From positions 75-64,074 of the forward strand of contig CAYYFQ010000006.1 in the NCBI GenBank assembly GCA_964471475.1: a stretch of 64,000 nucleotides of DNA, given 5' to 3'. Below the pieces are notes generated by a model. It was not told the origin of the DNA and searched no databases. It worked only from the letters and a program-made list of their open reading frames with translations. The stretch comes from an uncultured Gammaproteobacteria bacterium (GTDB lineage: Bacteria; Pseudomonadota; Gammaproteobacteria; CAISUE01). Positions 18,921-28,113 of the stretch are shown in pieces (within the stretch, counting starts at the first letter, position 1; the number at the start of each line of letters is the position of its first letter). A program made the translations under genes and the position numbers.

Positions 18921-20208
18921 ACAACAACAACTCGCGAATATCATTCAAATGCCCGCTAATCCGTACACAAAAGCGCGCTGCTTCAGCACCATCGATGACA
19001 CGGTGATCATAAGAAAGGGACAAAGGTAGCATCAACCGCGGTAAAAATTGGTTGCCATCATAAACTGGTGCAATACGGGCTTTAGAAATGCCTAAGATAG
19101 CGACATTAGGTAAATTAATAATAGGCGTAAACGCGGTTCCTCCAATCCCTCCTAAGCTTGAAATGGTAAAACTGCTTCCTTGCATATCTTGAGTGGTTAA
19201 TTTTTTATCTCGAGCTTTTTGTGAAACCGCAGCTAATTCTTTAGCCAACTGCCCTAATGATTTTTTATCTACATCGCGAATGACAGGGACGACTAAGCCT
19301 TCATTGGTATCCACTGCAATTCCCAAGTGAAAATACTTTTTAGTGATTAAATTTTCGCCGCTTGCATCTAAAGAGGCATTGAATTGTGGGAACTCTGCTA
19401 ACGCATGTGTCACTGCCTTCATAATAAAAACTAGAGGCGTGAGTTTAACTCCTTCTTTTTCAAAACGAGGCGCCATTTTTTTGCGAAAATCTTCCATTTC
19501 AGTGATATCTGCAGAGTCAAATTGTGTCACGTGAGGAGCTAAGAGCCAGTTACGAGAAAGATTTTGCGCCGTAAGTTTTTTGATACGGCTTAAAGGAGTG
19601 GTTTCTATTTCACCAAAAGCGCCAAAATCAATAACGGGCATTTGAGGAAGAAGGGTGCTACCGCTACCCCCATTGGCTAAACGCTGTTTGACATAGCCTT
19701 CTACATCTTCTTGAGTAATGCGTCCTTTCTCACCGGTACCCCGCCATCCTTTTAAATCGATATCTAAAACGCGTGCTAAACGGCGCGCTCCTGGACCTGC
19801 GTAAATATCGCTCACGGTATCAGGCTCTTCAACCATAGCACGAGTGGACGCAGGAGTAGTGGTAGCAGAGGCTTCGACAGTCGCTTTGTTCATTTCGGAT
19901 TTGGGAGTTTCTTTCACTGCGGGGGTGGAGTCCGATTTGATTTCACTATTTTCTTGAGATAACTCCAAAATCACATCGCCTGTTTTGATCTTATCGCCTA
20001 CTTTTACTTTCAGAGACTTTACCACGCCTTCAGTGGGAGCAGGAACATCAATGGTGGCTTTATCGCTTTCCAAGGTGATAAGGGTTTGTCCTTTACTGAG
20101 GTTATCTCCCACTTTAACGAGGACATCAATAATTTCAACAGGATTAGTATTACCGGTATCGGGAAGTGTAATGGTTTTCATGAAGATTTCTCCTGAAGCG
20201 CGGCTCAA
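18919..20208 (-). CDS. Dihydrolipoamide acetyltransferase (PDH E2-like), single lipoyl domain; orphan (no E1/E3 adjacent)
   Basis: Lipoyl domain with the ESDKAT motif. E3-binding domain GPGARRLAR. The catalytic domain (LTPLVFIMKAV, HLGIAVDT, FTISSLGGIGGT, SLSYDHRVIDGA) closely resembles AceF. Confidence 0.75.
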   Translation of the reverse strand: MSRASGEIFMKTITLPDTGNTNPVEIIDVLVKVGDNLSKGQTLITLESDKATIDVPAPTEGVVKSLKVKVGDKIKTGDVILELSQENSEIKSDSTPAVKETPKSEMNKATVEASATTTPASTRAMVEEPDTVSDIYAGPGARRLARVLDIDLKGWRGTGEKGRITQEDVEGYVKQRLANGGSGSTLLPQMPVIDFGAFGEIETTPLSRIKKLTAQNLSRNWLLAPHVTQFDSADITEMEDFRKKMAPRFEKEGVKLTPLVFIMKAVTHALAEFPQFNASLDASGENLITKKYFHLGIAVDTNEGLVVPVIRDVDKKSLGQLAKELAAVSQKARDKKLTTQDMQGSSFTISSLGGIGGTAFTPIINLPNVAILGISKARIAPVYDGNQFLPRLMLPLSLSYDHRVIDGAEAARFCVRISGHLNDIRELLL

Positions 20209-21176
20209 TTTAAATGCATTGTTTTCAATTCAGTTGAAAAATGATGCCAAAAGGTAGTGCCAAATTGGTCAAACATTAGCTGAATATAATTTTTATGCAT
20301 AGTGTAATCAACCAAGTTTTCATTATGATAATGATCACGTGCGACATCTAAGGGGCTGCCTAGCCCATCAATTAAGCCTAAAGCTAATGCTTGTTGGCCA
20401 CTCCAAAATAAGCCGGTAAAAAGATCAGGATTATCTTTTAAGCGTGAACCACGCCCTTGTTTCACATCATTGATGAAAGTTTGGTGTACTTGGGCGAGCA
20501 TATTATTCATATATTGCACTTCAGCAGGTTTTTCCGCGGTAAAAGGATCAAGAAAATCTTTATATTTACCCGCGGTGTAAACACGTCGTGAGGCACCCAC
20601 TTTATTCATGGTATCGACAAAACCAAAGCCATCCATGATAACGCCAATGGAGCCCACGATACTGGTGGGATCTGCATAAATATTATTGCTGGCACTGGCT
20701 ACATAATAAGCCCCGGAGGCGCATACATCTTCACACACTGCATCGATAGGCAAATTTTTATGAGTTTTTTGTAAGTGACGGATTTCATGATAGATATAAG
20801 AAGATTGTACAGGGCTACCACCTGGACTATTAATATCCAAAATAATGGCTTGCGTATTTTTATCTTTGGCCGCTGCTTCAAGCGCATCGATGGTATCTTG
20901 CGCGTTCACTCCACGCTCGGCATTGAGCTCCCCGTTAATAGAGACAATGCCGATATGTTTTTTGTGGATGCCATCCACATTGCCTGCGCCAAAGATTGAA
21001 TTCCATGGGAAGAATCCCCACATAAGTAGAGAAACAATAGCAGCAAAAAATAACTTAAAGAAAATCCCCCAGCGGCGCTTACGGCGCTGTTCGACAAGAG
21101 CTTCTAAGACAAATTTTTCTAAAATTTGTTCTGCATTGATGGAGGGACTTGCTTTTGTTGGATCATTATTGTACAT
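20205..21176 (-). CDS. sppA: Signal peptide peptidase SppA (36K type, S49 family)
   Basis: N-terminal TM segment. ILDINSPGGS and the GASGAYY Ser/Lys dyad region. Confidence 0.8.
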   Translation of the reverse strand: MYNNDPTKASPSINAEQILEKFVLEALVEQRRKRRWGIFFKLFFAAIVSLLMWGFFPWNSIFGAGNVDGIHKKHIGIVSINGELNAERGVNAQDTIDALEAAAKDKNTQAIILDINSPGGSPVQSSYIYHEIRHLQKTHKNLPIDAVCEDVCASGAYYVASASNNIYADPTSIVGSIGVIMDGFGFVDTMNKVGASRRVYTAGKYKDFLDPFTAEKPAEVQYMNNMLAQVHQTFINDVKQGRGSRLKDNPDLFTGLFWSGQQALALGLIDGLGSPLDVARDHYHNENLVDYTMHKNYIQLMFDQFGTTFWHHFSTELKTMHLN

Positions 21177-21238
21177 AGTTACTTTGCTCTAGTAAGTTGA
21201 AGGCGAGAGTCTGTTTATAATTCTAACTATGTCGGCCA

Positions 21239-21319
21239 TAACGACTTGATTTTCTCTGGTCCGTTGCTCACATACCAAACAACGTATGCTGGGCTGCAGT
21301 CCTCTAAAATCAAGTCGTT
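21239..21319. promoter_or_regulatory. Inverted repeat (aacgacttgatttt ... aaaatcaagtcgtt) ~70 nt upstream of clpB; candidate regulatory stem-loop or operator
   Basis: 14-bp perfect arms separated by ~50 nt, seen directly. This is not a CIRCE sequence. Confidence 0.3.
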
Positions 21320-21390
21320 CTGTCTCCACTTAGCGAATTGTAAACAGGCCCTAAAAAGATCCTATTATAAACGAGAAAGGAGAACTTAGC

Positions 21391-23970
21391 ATGCGGATGG
21401 ACAAATTCACTACCAAATTTCAAATGGCAATTGCCGATGCGCAATCGCTTGCCGTTGGGCATGATAATCAATTTATTGAACCCATTCATGTGATGCAAGC
21501 ATTGCTCGAGCAAGACAATGGGAGCACAGAGCCGTTGCTCATGAAAGCAGGTATTAAAGTCGCTAAATTAAGAGATGAACTTAATAAAGCGATTGATAAC
21601 TTACCGCAAGTTGAGGGCACCCAAGGAGAGGTGCATCTTTCAAACGATTTAGGTAAGTTGTTAAATCTTACAGATAAACTCGCCCAACAACGCAAAGACC
21701 AATTCATTTCCAGCGAATTATTTATTTTAGCGGCAGTGGATGAAAGTGGAGCTTTAGGTAAACTACTGAAGGCTTGTGGGGCTCATAAAGAAACTTTAGT
21801 GAAAGCCATTAATGAAATGCGAGGAGGAGAAAACGTGAAAAATGCGGAAGATGAAGATACTCGCAATGCTTTATCTAAATATTGTATTGACCTAACAGAA
21901 CGCGCAGAGCAAGGGAAATTAGATCCTGTTATCGGTCGCGATGATGAAATTCGCCGTACTATTCAAGTATTACAGCGCCGTACCAAAAATAATCCTGTCC
22001 TCATTGGTGAGCCAGGTGTTGGTAAAACAGCTATTGTAGAAGGTTTAGCACAACGGATTGTGAATCATGAAGTTCCAGAAACTTTAAAACACAAACGTTT
22101 GTTAGTATTGGATATGGGCTCATTAATTGCTGGTGCTAAATTTCGTGGAGAATTTGAAGAGCGCTTAAAAGCTGTTTTGAAAGATGTGGCTAAACAAGAG
22201 GGAAAAATTATTTTATTTATTGATGAAATTCACACCATGGTAGGCGCTGGCAAAGCTGATGGTGCTATGGATGCTGGCAATATGTTAAAACCTGCGTTGG
22301 CACGCGGTGAGTTGCATTGCGTAGGCGCTACTACTTTAGATGAGTATCGCAAATATATTGAAAAAGATCCCGCGCTTGAAAGACGTTTTCAAAAAGTTTT
22401 TGTTAATGAGCCGAGTGTGGAAGATACCATTGCTATTTTGCGGGGCTTAAAGCGGCGTTATGAATTGCATCATGGAGTCGATATTACGGATCCGGCGGTG
22501 GTTTCTGCAGCGACCTTATCTCAGCGTTATATTACCGATCGCAACCTACCTGACAAAGCCATCGATCTTATTGATGAAGCAGCAAGCCGTATTCGCATTG
22601 AGATTGATTCCAAGCCTGAAGTGATGGATAAGCTTGAGCGGCGCATTATTCAATTAAAAATCGAACGTGAAGCTGTCAAAAAAGAAAAAGACGAAGCTTC
22701 TAAAAAACGCTTAGAAAATATTGAACAAGAAATTAAAAAATTAGAAAAAGAATATTCCGATTTAGAAGAAATTTGGAAAGCAGAAAAAGCTTCTACTCAA
22801 GGTGAGCAACAAGTGAAAGAAAAGCTTGAGCAAGCACGTTTTGAAATGGAAACCGCAAGACGCGCGGGGGATTTGGCAAAAATGTCAGAGATTCAATATG
22901 GACGTATTCCTGAGCTTGAAAAACAATTAGCGGCATCCATGAAAGCGGAAAAAAAAGAAACCATGCAACTCGTACGTAATCGCGTGACGGAAGAAGAGAT
23001 TGCAGAAATCATTTCCAAATGGACGGGAATTCCTGTATCAAAAATGCTCGAAGGTGAGCGTGAAAAACTATTGCGAATGGAAGAGTTTCTGCACAAAAAA
23101 GTTATTGGTCAAGATGAAGCAGTTCGAGTGGTTTCCAATGCCATTCGGCGCTCCCGAGCAGGTTTGTCGGATCCTAATCGCCCGATCGGTTCTTTCATGT
23201 TTCTTGGGCCAACAGGCGTAGGTAAAACAGAGTTATGTAAAGCATTAGCAACATTTTTATTTGATACCGAAGAAGCGATGATTCGGATTGATATGTCAGA
23301 ATTTATGGAAAAACATTCTGTTTCGCGTCTTATAGGTGCGCCTCCTGGATATGTCGGTTACGAAGAGGGGGGCGTTTTAACTGAAGCGGTCCGCAGACGT
23401 CCTTACTCATTAATCCTTTTTGATGAAATCGAAAAAGCACATGCGGATGTCTTTAATATTTTGCTGCAAGTGCTGGATGATGGTCGCTTAACAGATGGCC
23501 AAGGTCGCACAGTAGATTTCAAAAATACCGTGATCGTGATGACTTCCAATTTGGGTTCGCATCTTATTCAAGAGATGGCGGGTAAAGAAAGTTATGAGTC
23601 GATGAAAAATGCAGTGATGGAGATTGTGAGTAAACACTTTCGTCCCGAATTTATTAACCGTTTGGATGACCCTGTTGTCTTTCATCCTTTATCTCGAGAT
23701 CAATTGGGCGCCATTGCAGATATTCAAATCGAACGCTTACGTCATCGCTTAGCGGCTCGTGATTTGAAACTTCATGTTAGCAAAGCCGTGTTGGAATATT
23801 TAATTACCGAAGGGTATGATGTGGTGTATGGCGCAAGACCTTTAAAACGTGCGGTGCAGCAGTACCTGGAAAACCCTCTCGCGAAAGATATCCTTGAAGG
23901 TCGCTTTATGCCAGGCAATACGATCGATGTGGTCATAAAAGACGACGGGTTGGAGTTTAAGAAAAAATAA
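21391..23970 (+). CDS. clpB: ATP-dependent chaperone ClpB
   Basis: 859-aa protein with two AAA+ modules ([16 protein letters not shown]), a middle coiled-coil domain and ClpB-specific length. Confidence 0.95.
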   Translation: MRMDKFTTKFQMAIADAQSLAVGHDNQFIEPIHVMQALLEQDNGSTEPLLMKAGIKVAKLRDELNKAIDNLPQVEGTQGEVHLSNDLGKLLNLTDKLAQQRKDQFISSELFILAAVDESGALGKLLKACGAHKETLVKAINEMRGGENVKNAEDEDTRNALSKYCIDLTERAEQGKLDPVIGRDDEIRRTIQVLQRRTKNNPVLIGEPGVGKTAIVEGLAQRIVNHEVPETLKHKRLLVLDMGSLIAGAKFRGEFEERLKAVLKDVAKQEGKIILFIDEIHTMVGAGKADGAMDAGNMLKPALARGELHCVGATTLDEYRKYIEKDPALERRFQKVFVNEPSVEDTIAILRGLKRRYELHHGVDITDPAVVSAATLSQRYITDRNLPDKAIDLIDEAASRIRIEIDSKPEVMDKLERRIIQLKIEREAVKKEKDEASKKRLENIEQEIKKLEKEYSDLEEIWKAEKASTQGEQQVKEKLEQARFEMETARRAGDLAKMSEIQYGRIPELEKQLAASMKAEKKETMQLVRNRVTEEEIAEIISKWTGIPVSKMLEGEREKLLRMEEFLHKKVIGQDEAVRVVSNAIRRSRAGLSDPNRPIGSFMFLGPTGVGKTELCKALATFLFDTEEAMIRIDMSEFMEKHSVSRLIGAPPGYVGYEEGGVLTEAVRRRPYSLILFDEIEKAHADVFNILLQVLDDGRLTDGQGRTVDFKNTVIVMTSNLGSHLIQEMAGKESYESMKNAVMEIVSKHFRPEFINRLDDPVVFHPLSRDQLGAIADIQIERLRHRLAARDLKLHVSKAVLEYLITEGYDVVYGARPLKRAVQQYLENPLAKDILEGRFMPGNTIDVVIKDDGLEFKKK

Positions 23971-24036
23971 CGAAGAGGCGGCGGGCAGTGTCGCCAATCT
24001 TGCGAATTGACGACACGCTTTCTTCTAGTGCAAAGA

Positions 24037-24543
24037 TCAACCACCCACAGGCTGAAAGCCACACCAGTTACAATTGTCAACGAAAACTGTTACCTCGCTA
24101 GCTACAAAGGGAGTAACAGGCGTATGAGCGTCTAAAGCAGTAATGGTGAAAGTCAATTGATGGCTTTGTGGGTTATAGTGAGGTTCGTCGAGAATCACTA
24201 AATCTTGATGGTACTGTTTACCATTCATGCCCACCGCAACAATGGCCGCATTGGGATGATCAAGCGTAAAATTATTTTTGCCACTGGCGGCGCTCCAAAG
24301 CGCAAGGAAATTTTTTATAGTAAGTGAACCGGCAGCACGATTAGGGCGATCTGAAAAATAAACCACCTGTTCATGCATGGGAGTAAGCTGTAATACATAG
24401 TGATGATTTGCGGTTTCTTCTAACTTGCCATGATTCGCATGCAACACATAAAGCAAGCTGAGCGGCGCCGACGAATTGGCAAAAGCAGTCGAGATACAGA
24501 AATTGAAACAAAGAATGGCAAAGAAGTAGATAATTTTTTTCAT
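24037..24543 (-). CDS. Hypothetical secreted protein (168 aa)
   Basis: Signal peptide MKKIIYFFAILCFNFCISTAFA. The longer ORF-track version (to 24717) runs into the palindromic element and was trimmed to the MKK start. Confidence 0.45.
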   Translation of the reverse strand: MKKIIYFFAILCFNFCISTAFANSSAPLSLLYVLHANHGKLEETANHHYVLQLTPMHEQVVYFSDRPNRAAGSLTIKNFLALWSAASGKNNFTLDHPNAAIVAVGMNGKQYHQDLVILDEPHYNPQSHQLTFTITALDAHTPVTPFVASEVTVFVDNCNWCGFQPVGG

Positions 24544-24666
24544 GTGAGATACTCGTTTTTTAATAGGGTTAGGGTGATTAAAATAATCAGCTGAAAAAAC
24601 ATAGCTTAACATATTTTGTATCAAGATTGGCACTTCTGTTACAACTTCCGTTACAAACGCTCTGTG

Positions 24667-24831
24667 TATACCCATCGTACTTGAAGATGCTGGGTTATAA
24701 CAAGGTATTTTTTGCAAGATAAAATCTTTCTTGAACGCGGAATAGCCAGTCCTATTCTAAGTGAAAGAAAGTTTTAGCTTGCGGAAAAGACAACGTTAGA
24801 ATCCAGTATCTTCAAGTACGATGGGTATATA
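24667..24831. repeat. ~165-bp palindromic element, copy B (inverted relative to the copy at 13527)
   Basis: Reverse complement is ~95% identical to copy A. Same 27-bp terminal inverted repeats. Confidence 0.85.
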
Positions 24832-24952
24832 CGACAAAAATAAGAATCGAGGTTAAACGGGCCCGGTCGCTGCAGCATCCCATCGATGCGAACCCTGCTT
24901 TCGCGTCACCCGTTTTCCAATTATCTGGCTTTGTCGTGTACGAAGACAAATG

Positions 24953-26374
24953 CTATATACTTAGCCCAGCAGCAGGCCCAGCTTCCTGAGTGGCAGCAGG
25001 ATCAGCAGCGCTGTCGTCGGCAGGAGTGGTGTCTGCGCTTTGTTTGTCAGCTCTTTGGGCTTCCGTTTTTTCTAATGTGGCAACCAATTGTCTTGTGTGT
25101 TCTCCAGCGTTTGCTACCGTCATTTCTTCTAATAGGTGTTGTTCAAGGTCTTCTAGCCTTAGTTTTTTGGTCATCTCCGTTTCTAGTACGTTTAGGAAAT
25201 GTTCAATACCTACTATCAAACCTCCTAATGCACTTACCGTGACTCCCCCAGGTGTTGTACTTGCACCTCCTATACAAAAGTCCTCAACTGTCATAATACC
25301 TAGGGCGATGAGTGAGCCGCGAGTGGCTGCTCGCACGAAAGAAATGGCTTGTGCCCCGATGAAAAGAAGACGATCTTTCATTGTTGCCACTCGTTCAGTA
25401 AGACATTCTGTCAATGATCGAAAGAGTGCGATGGTTCCTCCTACGCCAGCGCCGGTGCCTACCATGGCTCGTCCCAACGTATCAAAGTTATCAGGGTTAA
25501 TTCCCCCGCTCTTTAAAACTAAATACCCAATAAATAAAAATAGGGCGGCGCCATCAAAACAAGATTCTAACAATCTCATCACAGGTTTTGACTTAAGAAT
25601 AAATTGATCAATCCATTTTAATGTTGTTCGTAAAAAACTTGTGGTTTCAAGATAAAGGTTTTGAAGAAGGTTTAATACAATGAATGCCGCCATTAAGTAC
25701 TGCGATACATTTCCGGCGCCATCATTACCTGAAGAGCTTTCATACCAAAAACCTGCTACACACACATGCACAGCAGTTTGTTGCGCAATCAATGTGAATT
25801 CATTAAAAAGAAAACAAAATGAATCCCAGGTAGTGTGGCGTTCTCTTGAGAAGTTTTTAGCGATCACTTGTGCTTCTTGAATGGTCAAATTTACTGCAAA
25901 AGTAGTCGCCATGGCCACTAATATTTTGGCTGTTACATCTTCTGTAACAGTAAGTGCTTCATAATTTTGTAATGCATCAATAATAGGACCTATAATGCCA
26001 GTTAGGGCAGTCGCACGAGGGATTGCCCACAGAAATTCTTTCCAAAGATTCATTTGCTTAGAAGTTGTTTGGAGAAGTGATTGCTGATTTATTTTCTTCG
26101 TTAGCTCGGGATTGCCATAGATACCCATTTTGGAGCTAGTTGTTATTATGCATTGTCGGGCGGTATTAGATCTTCGTCTCCTTCTGCGGACGCCTGATAC
26201 TGATGGTCGGGTGATAACAATTGGAGACTGGCCAGCCCTCGCCCCATCACGAATCCGCTGACTTCGCGGTTGATTTACATCGTGCCTTTGCGCAGCCGAA
26301 AAGATGCTTTCACCACGATAGGGGCTTGACAGAGAACTAGGGGCAGAATGTAGGGGTGGTTGTGAATGGCGCAT
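24953..26374 (-). CDS. Hypothetical protein (473 aa; Arg-rich N-terminus, Gly-rich hydrophobic core, acidic C-terminus); candidate effector or membrane protein
   Basis: Long ORF with no recognisable domain. The true start may be the internal MGIYGNPE methionine. Confidence 0.45.
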   Translation of the reverse strand: MRHSQPPLHSAPSSLSSPYRGESIFSAAQRHDVNQPRSQRIRDGARAGQSPIVITRPSVSGVRRRRRRSNTARQCIITTSSKMGIYGNPELTKKINQQSLLQTTSKQMNLWKEFLWAIPRATALTGIIGPIIDALQNYEALTVTEDVTAKILVAMATTFAVNLTIQEAQVIAKNFSRERHTTWDSFCFLFNEFTLIAQQTAVHVCVAGFWYESSSGNDGAGNVSQYLMAAFIVLNLLQNLYLETTSFLRTTLKWIDQFILKSKPVMRLLESCFDGAALFLFIGYLVLKSGGINPDNFDTLGRAMVGTGAGVGGTIALFRSLTECLTERVATMKDRLLFIGAQAISFVRAATRGSLIALGIMTVEDFCIGGASTTPGGVTVSALGGLIVGIEHFLNVLETEMTKKLRLEDLEQHLLEEMTVANAGEHTRQLVATLEKTEAQRADKQSADTTPADDSAADPAATQEAGPAAGLSI

Positions 26375-26520
26375 AGAATTATTCTCACTTTTTAATATTA
26401 TAATAATACGGTAGTACCGTGGATTGAAACTGATTATAGCTGAATTAGTTGTTTTTATCTATGTGAAAAAGGGACATATGAAAAAAAGGACATCGCAGTT
26501 TTATTCATCAGAAAGCGACT

Positions 26521-28002
26521 TCAAACGACATAGGAAATTTCCTCTTTGCTCTGGGGTGTCGCTGCGGTTGTCGTGACGACAGCAGTTTCGGCGCGCTCTA
26601 TAACCTGGGGGGGATTATAAATACTACTGTTTATTGCTGCTTTCATATCGCTGACAGTCCGTTGAGTTTCTCGTCTCAGTAGGAGGAAGGTATGTTCTAA
26701 CATAACCGCTCTCAGCAGCGATATGGGTAAAGGTTCAGCTTGATCAGAAGCAACCTCAGGGCTAGTTAATAAGAGCTCTGTAGTCTGGTGGATAAGTTCT
26801 GCTTCCTTTTTCAACTGCTGAGCGGTGGGTTGCATCTCAAGTGCTGCTATGAATATTTCATCAAGGCGGGCTTCGAGCTTTTTGGTATTGCTCCCAGGAC
26901 TAATCGCCTCAAAGAAGATGCGATAATAACGTAAGAATGTCTCATGAAGAGAGGTTTCTTGTGTTTGTTCATCTGATATGCAAAGAGCGCCCATTTTCAT
27001 GGCAAAAACCACATTCAGAAGCAGTGCTTTTTGTTTCATACCGAATGCTTCCCAATCCTCATCAGAATAGAGGGCTATTTTTTCTAATAGATATACAGGC
27101 TGAGCCATTTCAGCTTCATCGTAATAAAGAGAAGGCTTATTATTAAAAGCATGATCAAGTCCATCTAGGTAGGAATGTATATATCCGGCCCCTCCCAATG
27201 CCGCAATGAAAATATGGGGACAGTCAGGGTCAGGAGAGAAAGTGGGACGGCCAGGAGTGAAATAGGGATGGTGACTACTAAATCTCGTTGCTTCAGAAGC
27301 AATCACCCCAAAAAAGACTAATAGGTCTTGCAAAGGAATATGCATGGTAAAAAAATATTTCAGGGAGTGGGCGAGGTTGCTGAGTTCGGGGAGTACAAAG
27401 CAGTCTCTGCCACAAGCGACGCGAATGATAGATAAAAGCGCCCAACCATGACAGGTCCTATCATCTTTGAGTATTTTTTTGAGACCGTCTAAGCTTAAGC
27501 TAATAGGAGTTTCAGAACTTTCAAAAGTATTGCTTAAGCGAACTAAAAATTGTATTCTCAAAATTCTCGCATCAGAAGAAGAAAGCTCAGGATCTTCACC
27601 CAATGCTTTAGGAGCCTCTATTTCATCGGTTTCATCTGTTTCAGAAGAGCTTCCAGAGTCTACTTTTCCCCTCCGACAATCCACTTTAATCATTTTCAAG
27701 AAATAGGTAATACTGTCTGCAGAATCCCACGTAAACTTTAAGAGATACATAAAATGTTCATCAATACTAGCAGCTGTCTCCTCATCTATTAAGCGCATTG
27801 TCTGCAATTCTCCCAAATGATCCCACAACATATCATTATTAAGATAGCCGAGTTCATCTAAACGCATAATAAGATCACAATAATAGGTAGGAAAGGCCTC
27901 TGGAGGCGTAAAAGAATTAAAAAATGCTGCAACGCGTGGATTTTGAGATAAAATTTGAGCTAGTCTGCGAGCAGGGGGGAAGATATATGGCATAGTAAGC
28001 AT
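26521..28002 (-). CDS. Hypothetical protein (493 aa); candidate effector
   Basis: Long ORF with an acidic Ser/Glu/Asp-rich linker (SGSSSETDETDEIE) and no recognisable domain. Confidence 0.5.
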   Translation of the reverse strand: MLTMPYIFPPARRLAQILSQNPRVAAFFNSFTPPEAFPTYYCDLIMRLDELGYLNNDMLWDHLGELQTMRLIDEETAASIDEHFMYLLKFTWDSADSITYFLKMIKVDCRRGKVDSGSSSETDETDEIEAPKALGEDPELSSSDARILRIQFLVRLSNTFESSETPISLSLDGLKKILKDDRTCHGWALLSIIRVACGRDCFVLPELSNLAHSLKYFFTMHIPLQDLLVFFGVIASEATRFSSHHPYFTPGRPTFSPDPDCPHIFIAALGGAGYIHSYLDGLDHAFNNKPSLYYDEAEMAQPVYLLEKIALYSDEDWEAFGMKQKALLLNVVFAMKMGALCISDEQTQETSLHETFLRYYRIFFEAISPGSNTKKLEARLDEIFIAALEMQPTAQQLKKEAELIHQTTELLLTSPEVASDQAEPLPISLLRAVMLEHTFLLLRRETQRTVSDMKAAINSSIYNPPQVIERAETAVVTTTAATPQSKEEISYVV

Positions 28003-28113
28003 AATGTCGTTTCCTCACTTATTTATTTTTATTGTTTTCCACTATAGCATATACGAGTATTTTTTGCATAAGTCGTTTTTATTATGAAAAAAAGACAGGT
28101 GAAAAAGGGATTT

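Noticed and set aside
21181-21240. Sigma-32-type heat-shock promoter upstream of clpB (TTGAAG ... TATAAT)
   Set aside because: The spacer is only ~13 nt and no CCCCAT -10 is present. I could not support a specific promoter call.
24544-24717. N-terminal extension of the 24037-24717 ORF (MQKIPCYNPASSSTMGIHRAF...)
   Set aside because: The extension is encoded by the 165-bp palindromic element itself. The real start is the signal-peptide methionine at 24543.
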